This document shows, one piece after another, positions 33,028 through 40,657 of a stretch of DNA of 41,107 nt. The translations under genes were made by a program, and so were the position numbers. Source of the DNA: a virus. How positions within the stretch are numbered: the first letter of the stretch is position 1; every line of letters starts with the position of its first letter. The notes beneath the pieces are model-generated. The model was not told the DNA's origin. It ran no database searches and saw nothing but the letters and a program-made list of their open reading frames with translations. The stretch spans positions 1 to 41,107 of IMG/VR virus record IMGVR_UViG_3300045988_126497, one strand, 5' to 3'.

Positions 33028-33431
33028 TTGTCTTCCTCCTTTTTCGTGGGTTCACGAAAATGCTCGATGGTTATCGCCGTTCTGGAGTTCTCCTTGTCGT
33101 AGAATACCCGACTTCCATCGTGGGATGCCACGATCTGGCTGTTATCATCGTCCAGGATACCGGCACGAACCAGCACGTCCGTTGCAGCTTCGAGCAGGTT
33201 GTTCAGGTCTACCCGGCGGCGGGTGGGCATGTAGAACTTACACTCTACGTTACAAGGGTAGTCGATCTTGGGCGGCTCTTTTCCGCCGAAATAGGCTTGC
33301 AAGCACTTGATGGCTTCCCGCTCATAGGTTACATATTTAGCCGACGGGATGATAATGGGCCGTCCGTTGACTTTGATGATGCGTTGCGAGTTCTTTTTGG
33401 TCACGGGGGGCAGGGGAATGACAAATAACAT
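33024..33431 (-). CDS. rusA: RusA-family Holliday junction resolvase
   Basis: PPVTKKNSQRI...VDLNNLLEAATDVLVRAGILDDDNSQIV. 135 aa. Confidence 0.85.
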   Translation of the reverse strand: MLFVIPLPPVTKKNSQRIIKVNGRPIIIPSAKYVTYEREAIKCLQAYFGGKEPPKIDYPCNVECKFYMPTRRRVDLNNLLEAATDVLVRAGILDDDNSQIVASHDGSRVFYDKENSRTAITIEHFREPTKKEEDK

Positions 33432-33439
33432 ATTACCTC

Positions 33440-34732
33440 CTATAAGATTCGACCGTTGGTCAGGTAGTAGTCCAGTGTTACCTTACCGGTGGGGCCGTGT
33501 CGGTTTTTGGCAATCGTGGCCTCCAAGATAACGGGGGTCACAGGGTCGTGCTTGTATTCGGGGTCGTAGTAGTCTGGGCGATGCAGCAGAATGATGCCGT
33601 CCGCATCCTGCTCCAGACCGCCGGAATCTCGCAGGTCGGAGATCACAGGACGCTTATCTGTTCGTCCGGTAACTTCCCGGTTGAGCTGGGCTAGGCCGAG
33701 AATCGGGATATTCAGGCGCAAGGCCAACCGCTTCAAGTCACGGGAGACTTGGGATACCCCTTCATAGCGCTTGACCTGCTTGTTGTCCGGCTCGATGAGA
33801 CCGACGTAGTCCACGCAAATCATGGCTAGACCTTTCACGGCACGGGCCATATTCGCTATGTCAGACACCGTAGCACCCGGCTTGCGGTTCAGCGTCAGCG
33901 GCAGGCCGTGTATCTGCGTAGCTGCTTCCGTCACCCTGTCCACGGCCTGGGCGTCCATCTTTCCGACCAACTCCTGCGTGGAGAGGCCGGTTTCCAGGGC
34001 TAGAAGCTTCTGCGTGATTTGCTCCTTGGACATTTCCAGAGAGACGAACAACACCGGCAAGCCCTTCTTTGCCACCTTTCGGACGATGTTCAAGCCCAGC
34101 GTGGTCTTACCCATACCCGGACGGCCTGCCAGCAGATAGAAACCACTGTTCAGTAATCCGCCACCAAGCACCCGGTCGATGTATTTATATTCACTCTTCA
34201 CGAATAAACATACACCGGTCTGGATTTCGTCCTGAAGAACCAGGAAGTCGGTCAGAGCATCGGAGAAACTGATGGTTTCCTGGTTCCTTTCGTTGCTTTC
34301 GATGCCTTGCAAGGCTTTCTGAGCGGAAGCTATAATCTCTCGCGGGGAAGTGTGACTGATGCTTTCTGTCTCGATGTTCCTGGCGATCTCCTGGAGCTGC
34401 CGTCGCATGGATGCCTCTCGCGTGAGCTTGATATAGGCTGACACATTGGCGGCGGTGGGCGTGATCTCCATGAGCTGCATGAGATACTGGGTTCCTTCGT
34501 TTCCTTGCAGGGCGCCGGCCTTTCGACAGGCTTCCAGGATAGTTACGGGGTCGATGGTCTTCCCGGCGCTATCCAGCGCGGCGGCGGCCCTGTAAATTTC
34601 TTGGTTCAGCGTGGAAGCAAAGTCCTCCACCCGCAGAGCTTCCCGGACTTCCGGGAATACTCTGGGGTCGATGAGGATGGAACCTAGAACGGCTAACTCT
34701 GCATCCAGGTTGTAGCTCGTTACTTCGTTCAT
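33440..34732 (-). CDS. dnaB: Replicative DNA helicase DnaB
   Basis: N-terminal LDAELAVLGSILIDP, Walker A GRPGMGKTTLGLNI, and ...LAQLNREV / IILLHRPDYY. 430 aa. Confidence 0.95.
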   Translation of the reverse strand: MNEVTSYNLDAELAVLGSILIDPRVFPEVREALRVEDFASTLNQEIYRAAAALDSAGKTIDPVTILEACRKAGALQGNEGTQYLMQLMEITPTAANVSAYIKLTREASMRRQLQEIARNIETESISHTSPREIIASAQKALQGIESNERNQETISFSDALTDFLVLQDEIQTGVCLFVKSEYKYIDRVLGGGLLNSGFYLLAGRPGMGKTTLGLNIVRKVAKKGLPVLFVSLEMSKEQITQKLLALETGLSTQELVGKMDAQAVDRVTEAATQIHGLPLTLNRKPGATVSDIANMARAVKGLAMICVDYVGLIEPDNKQVKRYEGVSQVSRDLKRLALRLNIPILGLAQLNREVTGRTDKRPVISDLRDSGGLEQDADGIILLHRPDYYDPEYKHDPVTPVILEATIAKNRHGPTGKVTLDYYLTNGRIL

Positions 34733-35004
34733 GCCTTTTCCTGGCGGTTCCGACGCAGGCGCTCAGCCATGGCCGCTCTCTGTTCCTCCGTGTAGTTCAC
34801 CTTTCTGGGAGGAGAGACCTTCAGCCACTTCGGGGGAACCTGAGCATAGATCACGCCGCCATTTTCCTGCGGCTGCTTGAGGATGGTCACTTCTTCGGGG
34901 TTCTGCTCAGCCAGCTTTCTGATCTTGGTGATCCATCTCTGCTCACTGCTAGAGAAGTATGCCATGGTATCATCAGTAATGAAGTTCCAGCTAGTTTCTC
35001 TCAT
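34729..35004 (-). CDS. Hypothetical protein, 91 aa
   Basis: AAGGAG lies 8 nt before the ATG. Stop-start overlap with dnaB. Confidence 0.6.
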   Translation of the reverse strand: MRETSWNFITDDTMAYFSSSEQRWITKIRKLAEQNPEEVTILKQPQENGGVIYAQVPPKWLKVSPPRKVNYTEEQRAAMAERLRRNRQEKA

Positions 35005-35040
35005 GTTACATTCTCCTTGTTGTTGTCGTTGTTTTCAAAC

Positions 35041-35105
35041 CTAGAAACGCTCCTAGCCCTCTTCGAGGGTAACTATACTGGTATAGGGTCTAGGAACGCT
35101 CCTAG
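35041..35105. repeat. Palindrome cluster / iteron-like repeats (candidate replication origin or operator)
   Basis: CTAGAAACGCTCCTAG (35041-35056) and CTAGGAACGCTCCTAG (35090-35105) flank a CCCTC-TTC-GAGGG hairpin and the CTATAC-TG-GTATAG palindrome (35073-35086). Confidence 0.6.
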
Positions 35106-35128
35106 GGCTGTAAAACACTGCGAGACGC

Positions 35129-35821
35129 TTACTTGTAGATTCCCCGCCCTTCTTCGTCGTAACCCACGAACACCGGGGCGCGGTAAGTCTCTTCTTTTTT
35201 TGCTTGGGAAGAGGTGTTGCTTGCGTCCCTACGTTCCCAAGTTCGGACAGCAGCTTTCCAGTCCTTCATGGGTTGCTTGCCTACTTTCCAGCCTACGCTT
35301 TCGTAGTAGTCAATGAACTTGGAAGCGTCGATACCATTTTGCCGCTCTCGGCAATATGCTTCGACCTCTTCCAGCTTGGGAGGAGTAAATCTCTTTCGCT
35401 CTCGCTTGGGAGTGGGTTCCCCCTCTGGGGGACTATATAAGGGGGTGTTAGTATCAGGTTTATTATCAGGTATAGGTTGGGCATTTTCGCCCCATGTGAT
35501 TGGGCATTTTCGCCCAATCGAATATCCAAAATCGGACACCGAATACCAGAGGGTACGGTCGTAAGGACTTTTGTTGAAGTTGCCCGTTTCAATCATTCCG
35601 TATGCCTTGAGCCTCTCCAAACCGCGCCTTACTTGCTGGTCTGTCATGTAAGGAAACAACTCAGCAAACGCTTTTCTGCTGTTGTAAACCCACGCTTTTC
35701 CATCGTGGATGTTGTCGCCGTTTGCACGGTTCTTCTCCACCCAGAAGAAGATGTTGTCAAACAAGATAGCGGCGTGTACGCCGACCTTCGCAGCAACAGC
35801 AACGTCAAAGTGGTGCATCAT
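35129..35821 (-). CDS. Replisome organiser / replication initiation protein
   Basis: N-terminal winged-helix-like AAILFDNIFFWVEKNRANG...AFAELFPYMTDQQVRRGLERLKAYGMI and C-terminal ...FIDYYESVGWKVGKQPMKDWKAAVRTW, typical of phage replisome organisers. Upstream of dnaB. Confidence 0.7.
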   Translation of the reverse strand: MMHHFDVAVAAKVGVHAAILFDNIFFWVEKNRANGDNIHDGKAWVYNSRKAFAELFPYMTDQQVRRGLERLKAYGMIETGNFNKSPYDRTLWYSVSDFGYSIGRKCPITWGENAQPIPDNKPDTNTPLYSPPEGEPTPKRERKRFTPPKLEEVEAYCRERQNGIDASKFIDYYESVGWKVGKQPMKDWKAAVRTWERRDASNTSSQAKKEETYRAPVFVGYDEEGRGIYK

Positions 35822-35833
35822 AGGCCCACCCCC

Positions 35834-36412
35834 TTAGAAGGGCAACGGTTCCTTGTCCTGCGTCATATCCTGGAAGGGGTTAGCGCTGGTGAAGGGGTCA
35901 GCGGCGGGAGCGGGGGAAGCGTAGGAAGGGGCAGGAGCAGGGGCAGAACCGCTGAGGAGCTTCTTCTTCGGCACCTTGAAGTTGCCGGTCTGGATATCCT
36001 GGATACTGGCAGAGTTCACAGCCTTGAGGCGGGTGCCGATGGTACCATCCTTCTTCTGGTACTCTTCCTCACCCAGAACCACGCCGAAATATCTGCCGCG
36101 CAGGCCCTGCACGTTGTCCTCGGTGAATACATATCCACGGTTGGATTCCTCGACAGCCTTCTTGAAGTGCTTGAAGAAACCGAGCGCAGCCTCCTTGTAA
36201 GAAGCGAAATAGGGGGTAGGCCAGAACCCGGCACGGGCGTAGGTCTTGCCGTTCTCACCCTTCCACTCACCGGACGCAAACTCCCACTCGATGAGCAGAT
36301 ACTCCTTGCTCTCCACGTCCTCCACGGCAGTGATCTGCGCGATGTAGCCGCCGGGTTCGGGGTTGGAGAAGCCGGTGCTTTCCTGTACGTTATCCCAGTT
36401 GATCTTTCTCAT
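35834..36412 (-). CDS. DUF669-like single-strand-binding-type protein with acidic ...EPLPF tail (start moved to MRKINW)
   Basis: AGGAG lies 10 nt before the ATG at 36412. Ala/Pro-rich linker, then DPFTSANPFQDMTQDKEPLPF resembling an SSB C-terminal tip. Partner of the Sak4-like ATPase. Confidence 0.6.
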   Translation of the reverse strand: MRKINWDNVQESTGFSNPEPGGYIAQITAVEDVESKEYLLIEWEFASGEWKGENGKTYARAGFWPTPYFASYKEAALGFFKHFKKAVEESNRGYVFTEDNVQGLRGRYFGVVLGEEEYQKKDGTIGTRLKAVNSASIQDIQTGNFKVPKKKLLSGSAPAPAPSYASPAPAADPFTSANPFQDMTQDKEPLPF

Positions 36413-36638
36413 GTTCTTCAGTCTCCTTTTCGATTTCCAGGGGACAATCATCCCCTACATAGTGTTCTGGATAGGCAACGATCTTCTTGTTCAAGCCACA
36501 AGAGCGATAGTTGCGCTGATAAAAGGGGCACTGGTAGCAGCTGAGGGATACATTCCCCCGGAAGTCTACCGGGAACCCCACTCTCACGGTGGCGGTGGCA
36601 AAGACATACCGCGCCACACCGCTGTCAGGCCTGCCCAT
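36390..36638 (-). CDS. Small Cys-rich protein, 82 aa
   Basis: AGGAGG lies 6 nt before the ATG at 36638. CYQCPFY...C...DDCPL. Confidence 0.5.
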   Translation of the reverse strand: MGRPDSGVARYVFATATVRVGFPVDFRGNVSLSCYQCPFYQRNYRSCGLNKKIVAYPEHYVGDDCPLEIEKETEEHEKDQLG

Positions 36639-37287
36639 TGGGGGCCTCCTGTGCGGGTTCCGGGGTGATGCCCCAGTATTCCCGAATAGCTGTGTCCACC
36701 GCTTTCAGGTCGTTCTCGATCTCAAGAGGGAAGAGATCTTCAGGCGACTTGCAGATGTCTCCGCCGTCTGAGTTTGTGCGGAAGTAGTGGTGTTCCTTGT
36801 CCGCGATGCAGTGCAGGCAGATGGTAACCATGCCCTCGATGCAGACTTTCTCGTCCAGGAGCTTGCCGATGGTGCGGAGCTTGGTGTTTCCATAGTCGTC
36901 GGCCTGCTCGTGCATGATGATGTACACGATCTTGTTGGCTGGCAGGCTGTATTGAATGAACGACATGAGCTGCCAGAACTCATCTGCAATGGCGTTGAAT
37001 AGGTCGAAGGTATTGCCGCCGCCCTTGGGGCCACTGTGTCCACGCATGAAGTGGTTGGTGAGCAGGTAGCCTGCATCGTCGATCACTGCGGTATCGACCG
37101 GCATGTTCGCCAGCCAGTTCTTGATATCGGCGTAGCTGTCCGAGATGAGCGTCCACTTGAACTTGCCCCGGAAGGGGAGCGGCTTGCCGATGGGGTTGAT
37201 CAAAACCAGTTCATCGGGAGCGAAGTTCTTGAGGGAGCGGCTCTTGCCGGAACCAGACTTGCCGTACAAAAGAACGGGAATCCCCAT
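36625..37287 (-). CDS. Sak4-like (AAA_24 / RecA-type) recombination ATPase
   Basis: Walker A LLYGKSGSGKS and Walker B-like AVIDDAGYL. 220 aa. Genomic context with the DUF669-like gene. Confidence 0.8.
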   Translation of the reverse strand: MGIPVLLYGKSGSGKSRSLKNFAPDELVLINPIGKPLPFRGKFKWTLISDSYADIKNWLANMPVDTAVIDDAGYLLTNHFMRGHSGPKGGGNTFDLFNAIADEFWQLMSFIQYSLPANKIVYIIMHEQADDYGNTKLRTIGKLLDEKVCIEGMVTICLHCIADKEHHYFRTNSDGGDICKSPEDLFPLEIENDLKAVDTAIREYWGITPEPAQEAPNGQA

Positions 37288-37289
37288 AC

Positions 37290-37466
37290 TTAACCCTCCC
37301 CTCTGATGCGGCTATCGATCCACTCGTCAAACTCCTGCTGACGGTAGTCCAGATAGGCCATGACCTCTGCCTCATAAAGCTTCTGGCAGAAATCCACGAA
37401 GTCGCTGGGTTCGTCCATGATGAAGTCATGGATGATCTCGCGGGTGATCTCTACGGTTTTCTTCAC
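37290..37466 (-). CDS. Small acidic protein, 58 aa (GTG start, coupled GTGA overlap)
   Basis: Re-parsed from the 127-aa track ORF. VKKTVEITREIIHDFIMDEPSDFVDFCQKLYEAEVMAYLDYRQQEFDEWIDSRIRGEG. Confidence 0.45.
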   Translation of the reverse strand: MKKTVEITREIIHDFIMDEPSDFVDFCQKLYEAEVMAYLDYRQQEFDEWIDSRIRGEG

Positions 37467-37600
37467 TTCTTCAACATCCTTTCCAAAAAGTTTGCGCAGA
37501 CCGGACAGACATACACGTCCGGGCCTGGTTCGATGGCGCTCACGTTCCAGTGCTTGGAACACCGGATACAGCGCCGATAGACTGGATGGTCGTGGGTCAT
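37463..37600 (-). CDS. Zinc-ribbon mini-protein, 45 aa
   Basis: Hand translation: MTHDHPVYRRCIRCSKHWNVSAIEPGPDVYVCPVCANFLERMLKK*. CxxC...CxxC. The ATG overlaps the upstream TGA. Confidence 0.45.
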   Translation of the reverse strand: MTHDHPVYRRCIRCSKHWNVSAIEPGPDVYVCPVCANFLERMLKK

Positions 37601-37767
37601 CACAGCACCCGCAGGGGAATCCCCGCTTTAGCCATAACGGCGTTGAGCTTGTGCTGCTTGGCTTCCTTGGCACGACGGGCTTTGACGTTCTCCTCCATGC
37701 GGGGGGCTATGGCTCTGAGCAGAGCGTCCAGGTCGTGCTTGGCTTTGATAGCCTGTACTGCGTTCAT
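37600..37767 (-). CDS. Small basic helical protein, 55 aa
   Basis: Hand translation: MNAVQAIKAKHDLDALLRAIAPRMEENVKARRAKEAKQHKLNAVMAKAGIPLRVL*. AAAGGAG SD. ATGA overlap with the upstream gene. Confidence 0.5.
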   Translation of the reverse strand: MNAVQAIKAKHDLDALLRAIAPRMEENVKARRAKEAKQHKLNAVMAKAGIPLRVL

Positions 37768-37958
37768 TTCAGCATCTCCTTTGGTTCTAACTTGGCAGCT
37801 TCCACGCGGTAGGTCCGGGTTTTGCCGCCTCTGATTTTTCGTGTGATGATCTGGCCCAGTAAGGTCTTCTGGTCAGATTTGTACTCTGTCCGCCGGTGAT
37901 CCTCCCAGCAGACGTGTCCGTCGTCGTTCAGACGGACGTGTCGGATTCGATAGATCAT
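37764..37958 (-). CDS. Hypothetical protein, 64 aa
   Basis: GGGAGGG SD. Coupled to its neighbours. Confidence 0.55.
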   Translation of the reverse strand: MIYRIRHVRLNDDGHVCWEDHRRTEYKSDQKTLLGQIITRKIRGGKTRTYRVEAAKLEPKEMLK

Positions 37959-38410
37959 AGCTTACCCTCCCGACGGCGGATGTAGTTGGACACGCGCCCG
38001 GTAGCCTTGCGCCAGTCCAGGATGGACTGTTTCCGGCAGTGGAGCTTGTTGGCTATGGCGGTGTCGGAATCGCCCAGCTCGTAGAACTGAGCGGCTTTCT
38101 CCACGTCGAAGTCCCAGGCCTTGCTTGTCTTGGCAATCTGCTTCTGTGTGTCGGTAAGAATGAACTTACCAGACTTAGCTCTTCCCACGCTCTTCTTGCT
38201 GCATCCGCCGCCTGGGTTCATAGGGACGCCGCGCCGGTGGCCCTCCACCAGAATGTAAATGCAGTCTCCGTAGTAGTCGTGATACCGGCATCCCTCACAG
38301 CCCTTGGTGTGTTTGCGGTCGGTACCTGCGACAGCGTTCCAGCGGATCGCGTTCACGTCCCAGCGCTGATTTCGCCCAGGTTTTCGGGTGGTGTGTCCGG
38401 AATCGCTCAT
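37955..38410 (-). CDS. Cys-rich protein with C-terminal HTH-like segment, 151 aa
   Basis: CEGCRYH...C...C, then ELGDSDTAIANKLHCRKQSILDWRK (HTH-like). Confidence 0.55.
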   Translation of the reverse strand: MSDSGHTTRKPGRNQRWDVNAIRWNAVAGTDRKHTKGCEGCRYHDYYGDCIYILVEGHRRGVPMNPGGGCSKKSVGRAKSGKFILTDTQKQIAKTSKAWDFDVEKAAQFYELGDSDTAIANKLHCRKQSILDWRKATGRVSNYIRRREGKL

Positions 38411-38601
38411 AGGCTCACCAACTTTCTGGCAAGTACGTGGGCGGTGATGCCGCCTTTTCCAACGGCGAGATATTTCTCACACCAGTTTCTACTTTTGCCG
38501 GTGTAGATTTGGACTTCCTCTTTTGTCAAGATTCTGTTCCCGTTGCTGAAGGACAGAATGTCTTCCAGCTGGTCACGGAAGCCGGGTAACTCTCTGGGCA
38601 T
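38407..38601 (-). CDS. Small HTH-like DNA-binding protein, 64 aa (start moved to MPRELPG)
   Basis: AAAGGAGGG lies 5 nt before the ATG at 38601. ILTKEEVQIYTGKSRNWCEKYL. The longer 149-aa form has a junk-like N-terminus antisense to the moron. Confidence 0.55.
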   Translation of the reverse strand: MPRELPGFRDQLEDILSFSNGNRILTKEEVQIYTGKSRNWCEKYLAVGKGGITAHVLARKLVSL

Positions 38602-38616
38602 TTTGGCCCTCCTTTC

Positions 38617-38645
38617 TTGCATGTCGGCCCTGAACCTGGTATAGT
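38617..38645 (+). promoter_or_regulatory. Sigma70-type promoter of the plus-strand moron
   Basis: TTGCAT-17 nt-TGgTATAGT (extended -10). Confidence 0.55.
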
Positions 38646-38670
38646 GGGTCCAGGAAGGGGGTGGATAGGG

Positions 38671-38940
38671 ATGAAGAAGATGTTTGCCGGAAGTGCGCTT
38701 GTTTTCAGCACGATTGGTACCATTGCTTATATTGCAAGCCACATCTCGGCGGCGGTGATCGCGTTCCAGAATTTCAAGCTGTGGGTCGCCCTGGTGATGC
38801 TGTTCGTTCCGCTTCTCGGAGACGGAATGGCTATCTTCGCTTTTATCAAACTGCACACCTGGTGGCCGTTCATTCTGTACGCGGCTTGCCTGATTTGTTG
38901 GGGCATCGGAAGTGCCCTTGCAAATAAGGCAGACAATTAA
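38671..38940 (+). CDS. Small integral membrane protein (3 predicted TM), 89 aa, transcribed against the early operon (moron)
   Basis: MKKMFAGSALVFSTIGTIAYIASHISAAVIAF...LWVALVMLFVPLLGDGMAIFAFI...WWPFILYAACLICWGIGSAL. Has its own promoter and terminator. Confidence 0.65.
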   Translation: MKKMFAGSALVFSTIGTIAYIASHISAAVIAFQNFKLWVALVMLFVPLLGDGMAIFAFIKLHTWWPFILYAACLICWGIGSALANKADN

Positions 38941-38955
38941 ACACCTGCTGAGAAG

Positions 38956-38987
38956 CCGCCTGGGGAAACCTGGGCGGTTTCTCGTTT
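38956..38987 (+). terminator. Rho-independent terminator of the moron
   Basis: CCGCCTGGG-GAAA-CCTGGGCGG (9-bp stem, GNRA loop) followed by TTTCTCGTTT. Confidence 0.7.
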
Positions 38988-39723
38988 ACATCCCCTGACA
39001 CAGCAGACGGAACGTCTCGCGGCCTTTGGGCGTAACCATGACCTGAGTGCCGGCCCAGCTCGTTTTGTCGTTGAAGCACTCCTTCATCTCGAAGAGGCCG
39101 TCCCCTCTGCCAGCAGTGGGGGTCAGCTTGCCGCTCTTGCTCCGGTGCAGGTACTTCTTGTTCAGCAGGAAATCTACAAAGACTTTCTGCTTGATACCCA
39201 GCTCCTTCGCCGTCTCGCGGATGCCGGTGAGCAGGTTGCGGTCAACCAGCTCGTCGAAGTAGGCGGCCTTTGGCTGTGCGGCGGCAACCTCGACCTGCAA
39301 GGCGGAGATTCGCGCATCACGGTCCGCAATGGTCTTCTGCGCCATGAGAAGGGCCTTTGCCATGAGTTCCTCTGGGGACATGGTCTCCTGACCTGCGATG
39401 TAGCCGCCGTTCTTGCGGATGGCCGGAAGGACCTCGGCAGTCACCCAGCGCTTGAACTTCTTAGCCGTCGGCAGCTTGCTCGACAGGATCAGGCTGTACA
39501 GGCCGCTTTCGTTGATGATGTACATCTCACGGCTTTGACCTGACACGGTGAAACACCGGGTCAGCTTATCTTCTCCGTCAACGTGTCGCCTCAAGGCATC
39601 AGAGGTGTCACTGTAGCCAAGAGCGGTCGCCACGTCTTTTCCAACGAACCAAGGCTCGTTGTCTACCTCTGTGGTGCGAATCAGTCCAAACTCAGGACTG
39701 TTAAAGGTTTGCAGGTCTGTCAT
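38986..39723 (-). CDS. Antirepressor (N-terminal Bro-N domain, C-terminal KilAC/ANT-like domain)
   Basis: FGLIRTTEVDNEPWFVGKDVATALGYSDTSDALRRHV...INESGLYSLILSSKLPTAKKFKRWVT. 245 aa. Confidence 0.85.
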   Translation of the reverse strand: MTDLQTFNSPEFGLIRTTEVDNEPWFVGKDVATALGYSDTSDALRRHVDGEDKLTRCFTVSGQSREMYIINESGLYSLILSSKLPTAKKFKRWVTAEVLPAIRKNGGYIAGQETMSPEELMAKALLMAQKTIADRDARISALQVEVAAAQPKAAYFDELVDRNLLTGIRETAKELGIKQKVFVDFLLNKKYLHRSKSGKLTPTAGRGDGLFEMKECFNDKTSWAGTQVMVTPKGRETFRLLCQGM

Positions 39724-39953
39724 AAGTTCTCCTTTCGTTCCGTAGAATCCACTAAAGTGGAATCACAAGGTACAAAAATATCGTGGATGGGGATGCCGGT
39801 TTCTTGTGAGATTTTGCAGAGCTGGCCCACAGTGATAAGCGACAAGTCTTTCTCTAGCTTGGAGTAGGTTCCTCTATTAACTCCAAGGACTTTCGCCATA
39901 TACGCCTGGGTCAGACCCGCGTGGTTTCTGGCCTGTTTTACGGTGAATTGCAA
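39720..39953 (-). CDS. Cro-like XRE-family HTH regulator, 77 aa (TTG start)
   Basis: AGLTQAYMAKVLGVNRGTYSKLEK HTH. AAAGGAGGTGA SD. Divergent from the cI-like gene. Confidence 0.8.
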   Translation of the reverse strand: MQFTVKQARNHAGLTQAYMAKVLGVNRGTYSKLEKDLSLITVGQLCKISQETGIPIHDIFVPCDSTLVDSTERKENL

Positions 39954-39979
39954 GGTTGCTCACCTCCTTTGCTGTGTCT

Positions 39980-40008
39980 AGTATAACTCCACCAAAGTAG
40001 AATGTCAA
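39980..40008 (-). promoter_or_regulatory. Early leftward promoter (P-cro)
   Basis: Minus strand reads TTGACA-17 nt-TATACT. The spacer and -35 are overlapped by operator AAAGTAGAAT (39994-40003). Confidence 0.7.
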
Positions 40009-40053
40009 GTACAAAATGAAGAAAAAGAAGATTTTTTTGTTGAAAAGTAGAAT
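39994..40053. promoter_or_regulatory. Operator repeats AAAGTAGAAT of the lysis-lysogeny switch
   Basis: AAAGTAGAAT at 39994-40003 and 40044-40053. A third, variant copy AAAGTGGAAT lies at about 39753-39762 inside the 3' end of cro. Confidence 0.5.
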
Positions 40054-40068
40054 CAATAGTGGTATAGT
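40040..40068 (+). promoter_or_regulatory. Repressor promoter (P-cI)
   Basis: TTGAAA-17 nt-TGgTATAGT. Overlapped by the second operator. Confidence 0.7.
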
Positions 40069-40088
40069 ATGGGTGAGGTGAAAAACCA

Positions 40089-40466
40089 ATGAAAATAGCA
40101 GAGAAGATCATTCGCTTACGAAGCGAATATGATCTAACACAAGAAGAACTTGGAAAGATAGCTGGGGCATCGAACAAAGCTGTCTCCACATGGGAGAAAG
40201 GAGAGAAAACACCGAGGATAAAGTACATACAAGCAATCTGTTCTCATTTTGGAATCGACATCCACGACTTCATAGACGAAGAAACGGACGTGTACAAAAG
40301 AAATTCCCCCGTGCCCGAAAAGAGCACGAGGGAGTGGCTGGAAGATTTACTTGTAGAACGGGGGTGGATACGGCGGGGAGAGGATATCACTCCCGCCCAG
40401 GCTAAATTTCTGATCGGCATGGCTACCATGATGGATGCGTTTTGGGATAGCCAGAGCGAGAAGTGA
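40089..40466 (+). CDS. CI-like XRE-family repressor, 125 aa
   Basis: LTQEELGKIAGASNKAVSTWEKGEKTP HTH, plus a C-terminal oligomerisation-type extension. Divergent from cro and upstream of int. Confidence 0.85.
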   Translation: MKIAEKIIRLRSEYDLTQEELGKIAGASNKAVSTWEKGEKTPRIKYIQAICSHFGIDIHDFIDEETDVYKRNSPVPEKSTREWLEDLLVERGWIRRGEDITPAQAKFLIGMATMMDAFWDSQSEK

Positions 40467-40657
40467 ACGCACCTCTCGCGGGTTGTTGGTGGCATCTAAA
40501 TGCCGCGCGACTAGATCAAGGTTCATTGGTTCCCTCCATTTCTGCTTCCATTATATGCGGCTTCCTTCCTGGCTGCTGTGATGCAGTCACCAGGGACAGG
40601 ATACCACGCAGGAACAACAGAAAAGGTAGAAACTGGGAGCTGATAGACAAAATGGAA

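Noticed and set aside
37290-37673. Single 127-aa gene as given in the ORF track
   Set aside because: The N-terminal half is junk-like. The region is better explained by three SD-preceded or translationally coupled mini-genes in two frames (see the findings).
38407-38856. 5'-extended ORF forms: 149 aa here, and likewise 32187-32783 (198 aa), 2123-2437 (104 aa), 28768-29217 (149 aa), 29162-30010 (282 aa) and 35834-36451 (205 aa)
   Set aside because: The extensions overlap neighbouring genes or the moron out of frame and lack SDs. Internal ATGs with good GGAGG-type SDs give compact, coupled genes.
40347-40526. 59-codon minus-strand ORF with a good SD (GGAGGG-N5-ATG), antisense to the 3' end of the cI-like gene
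   Set aside because: It lies largely inside the repressor coding sequence and its product ends in low-complexity ...SPPYPPPFYK. It is probably fortuitous, although an antisense transcript here cannot be excluded.
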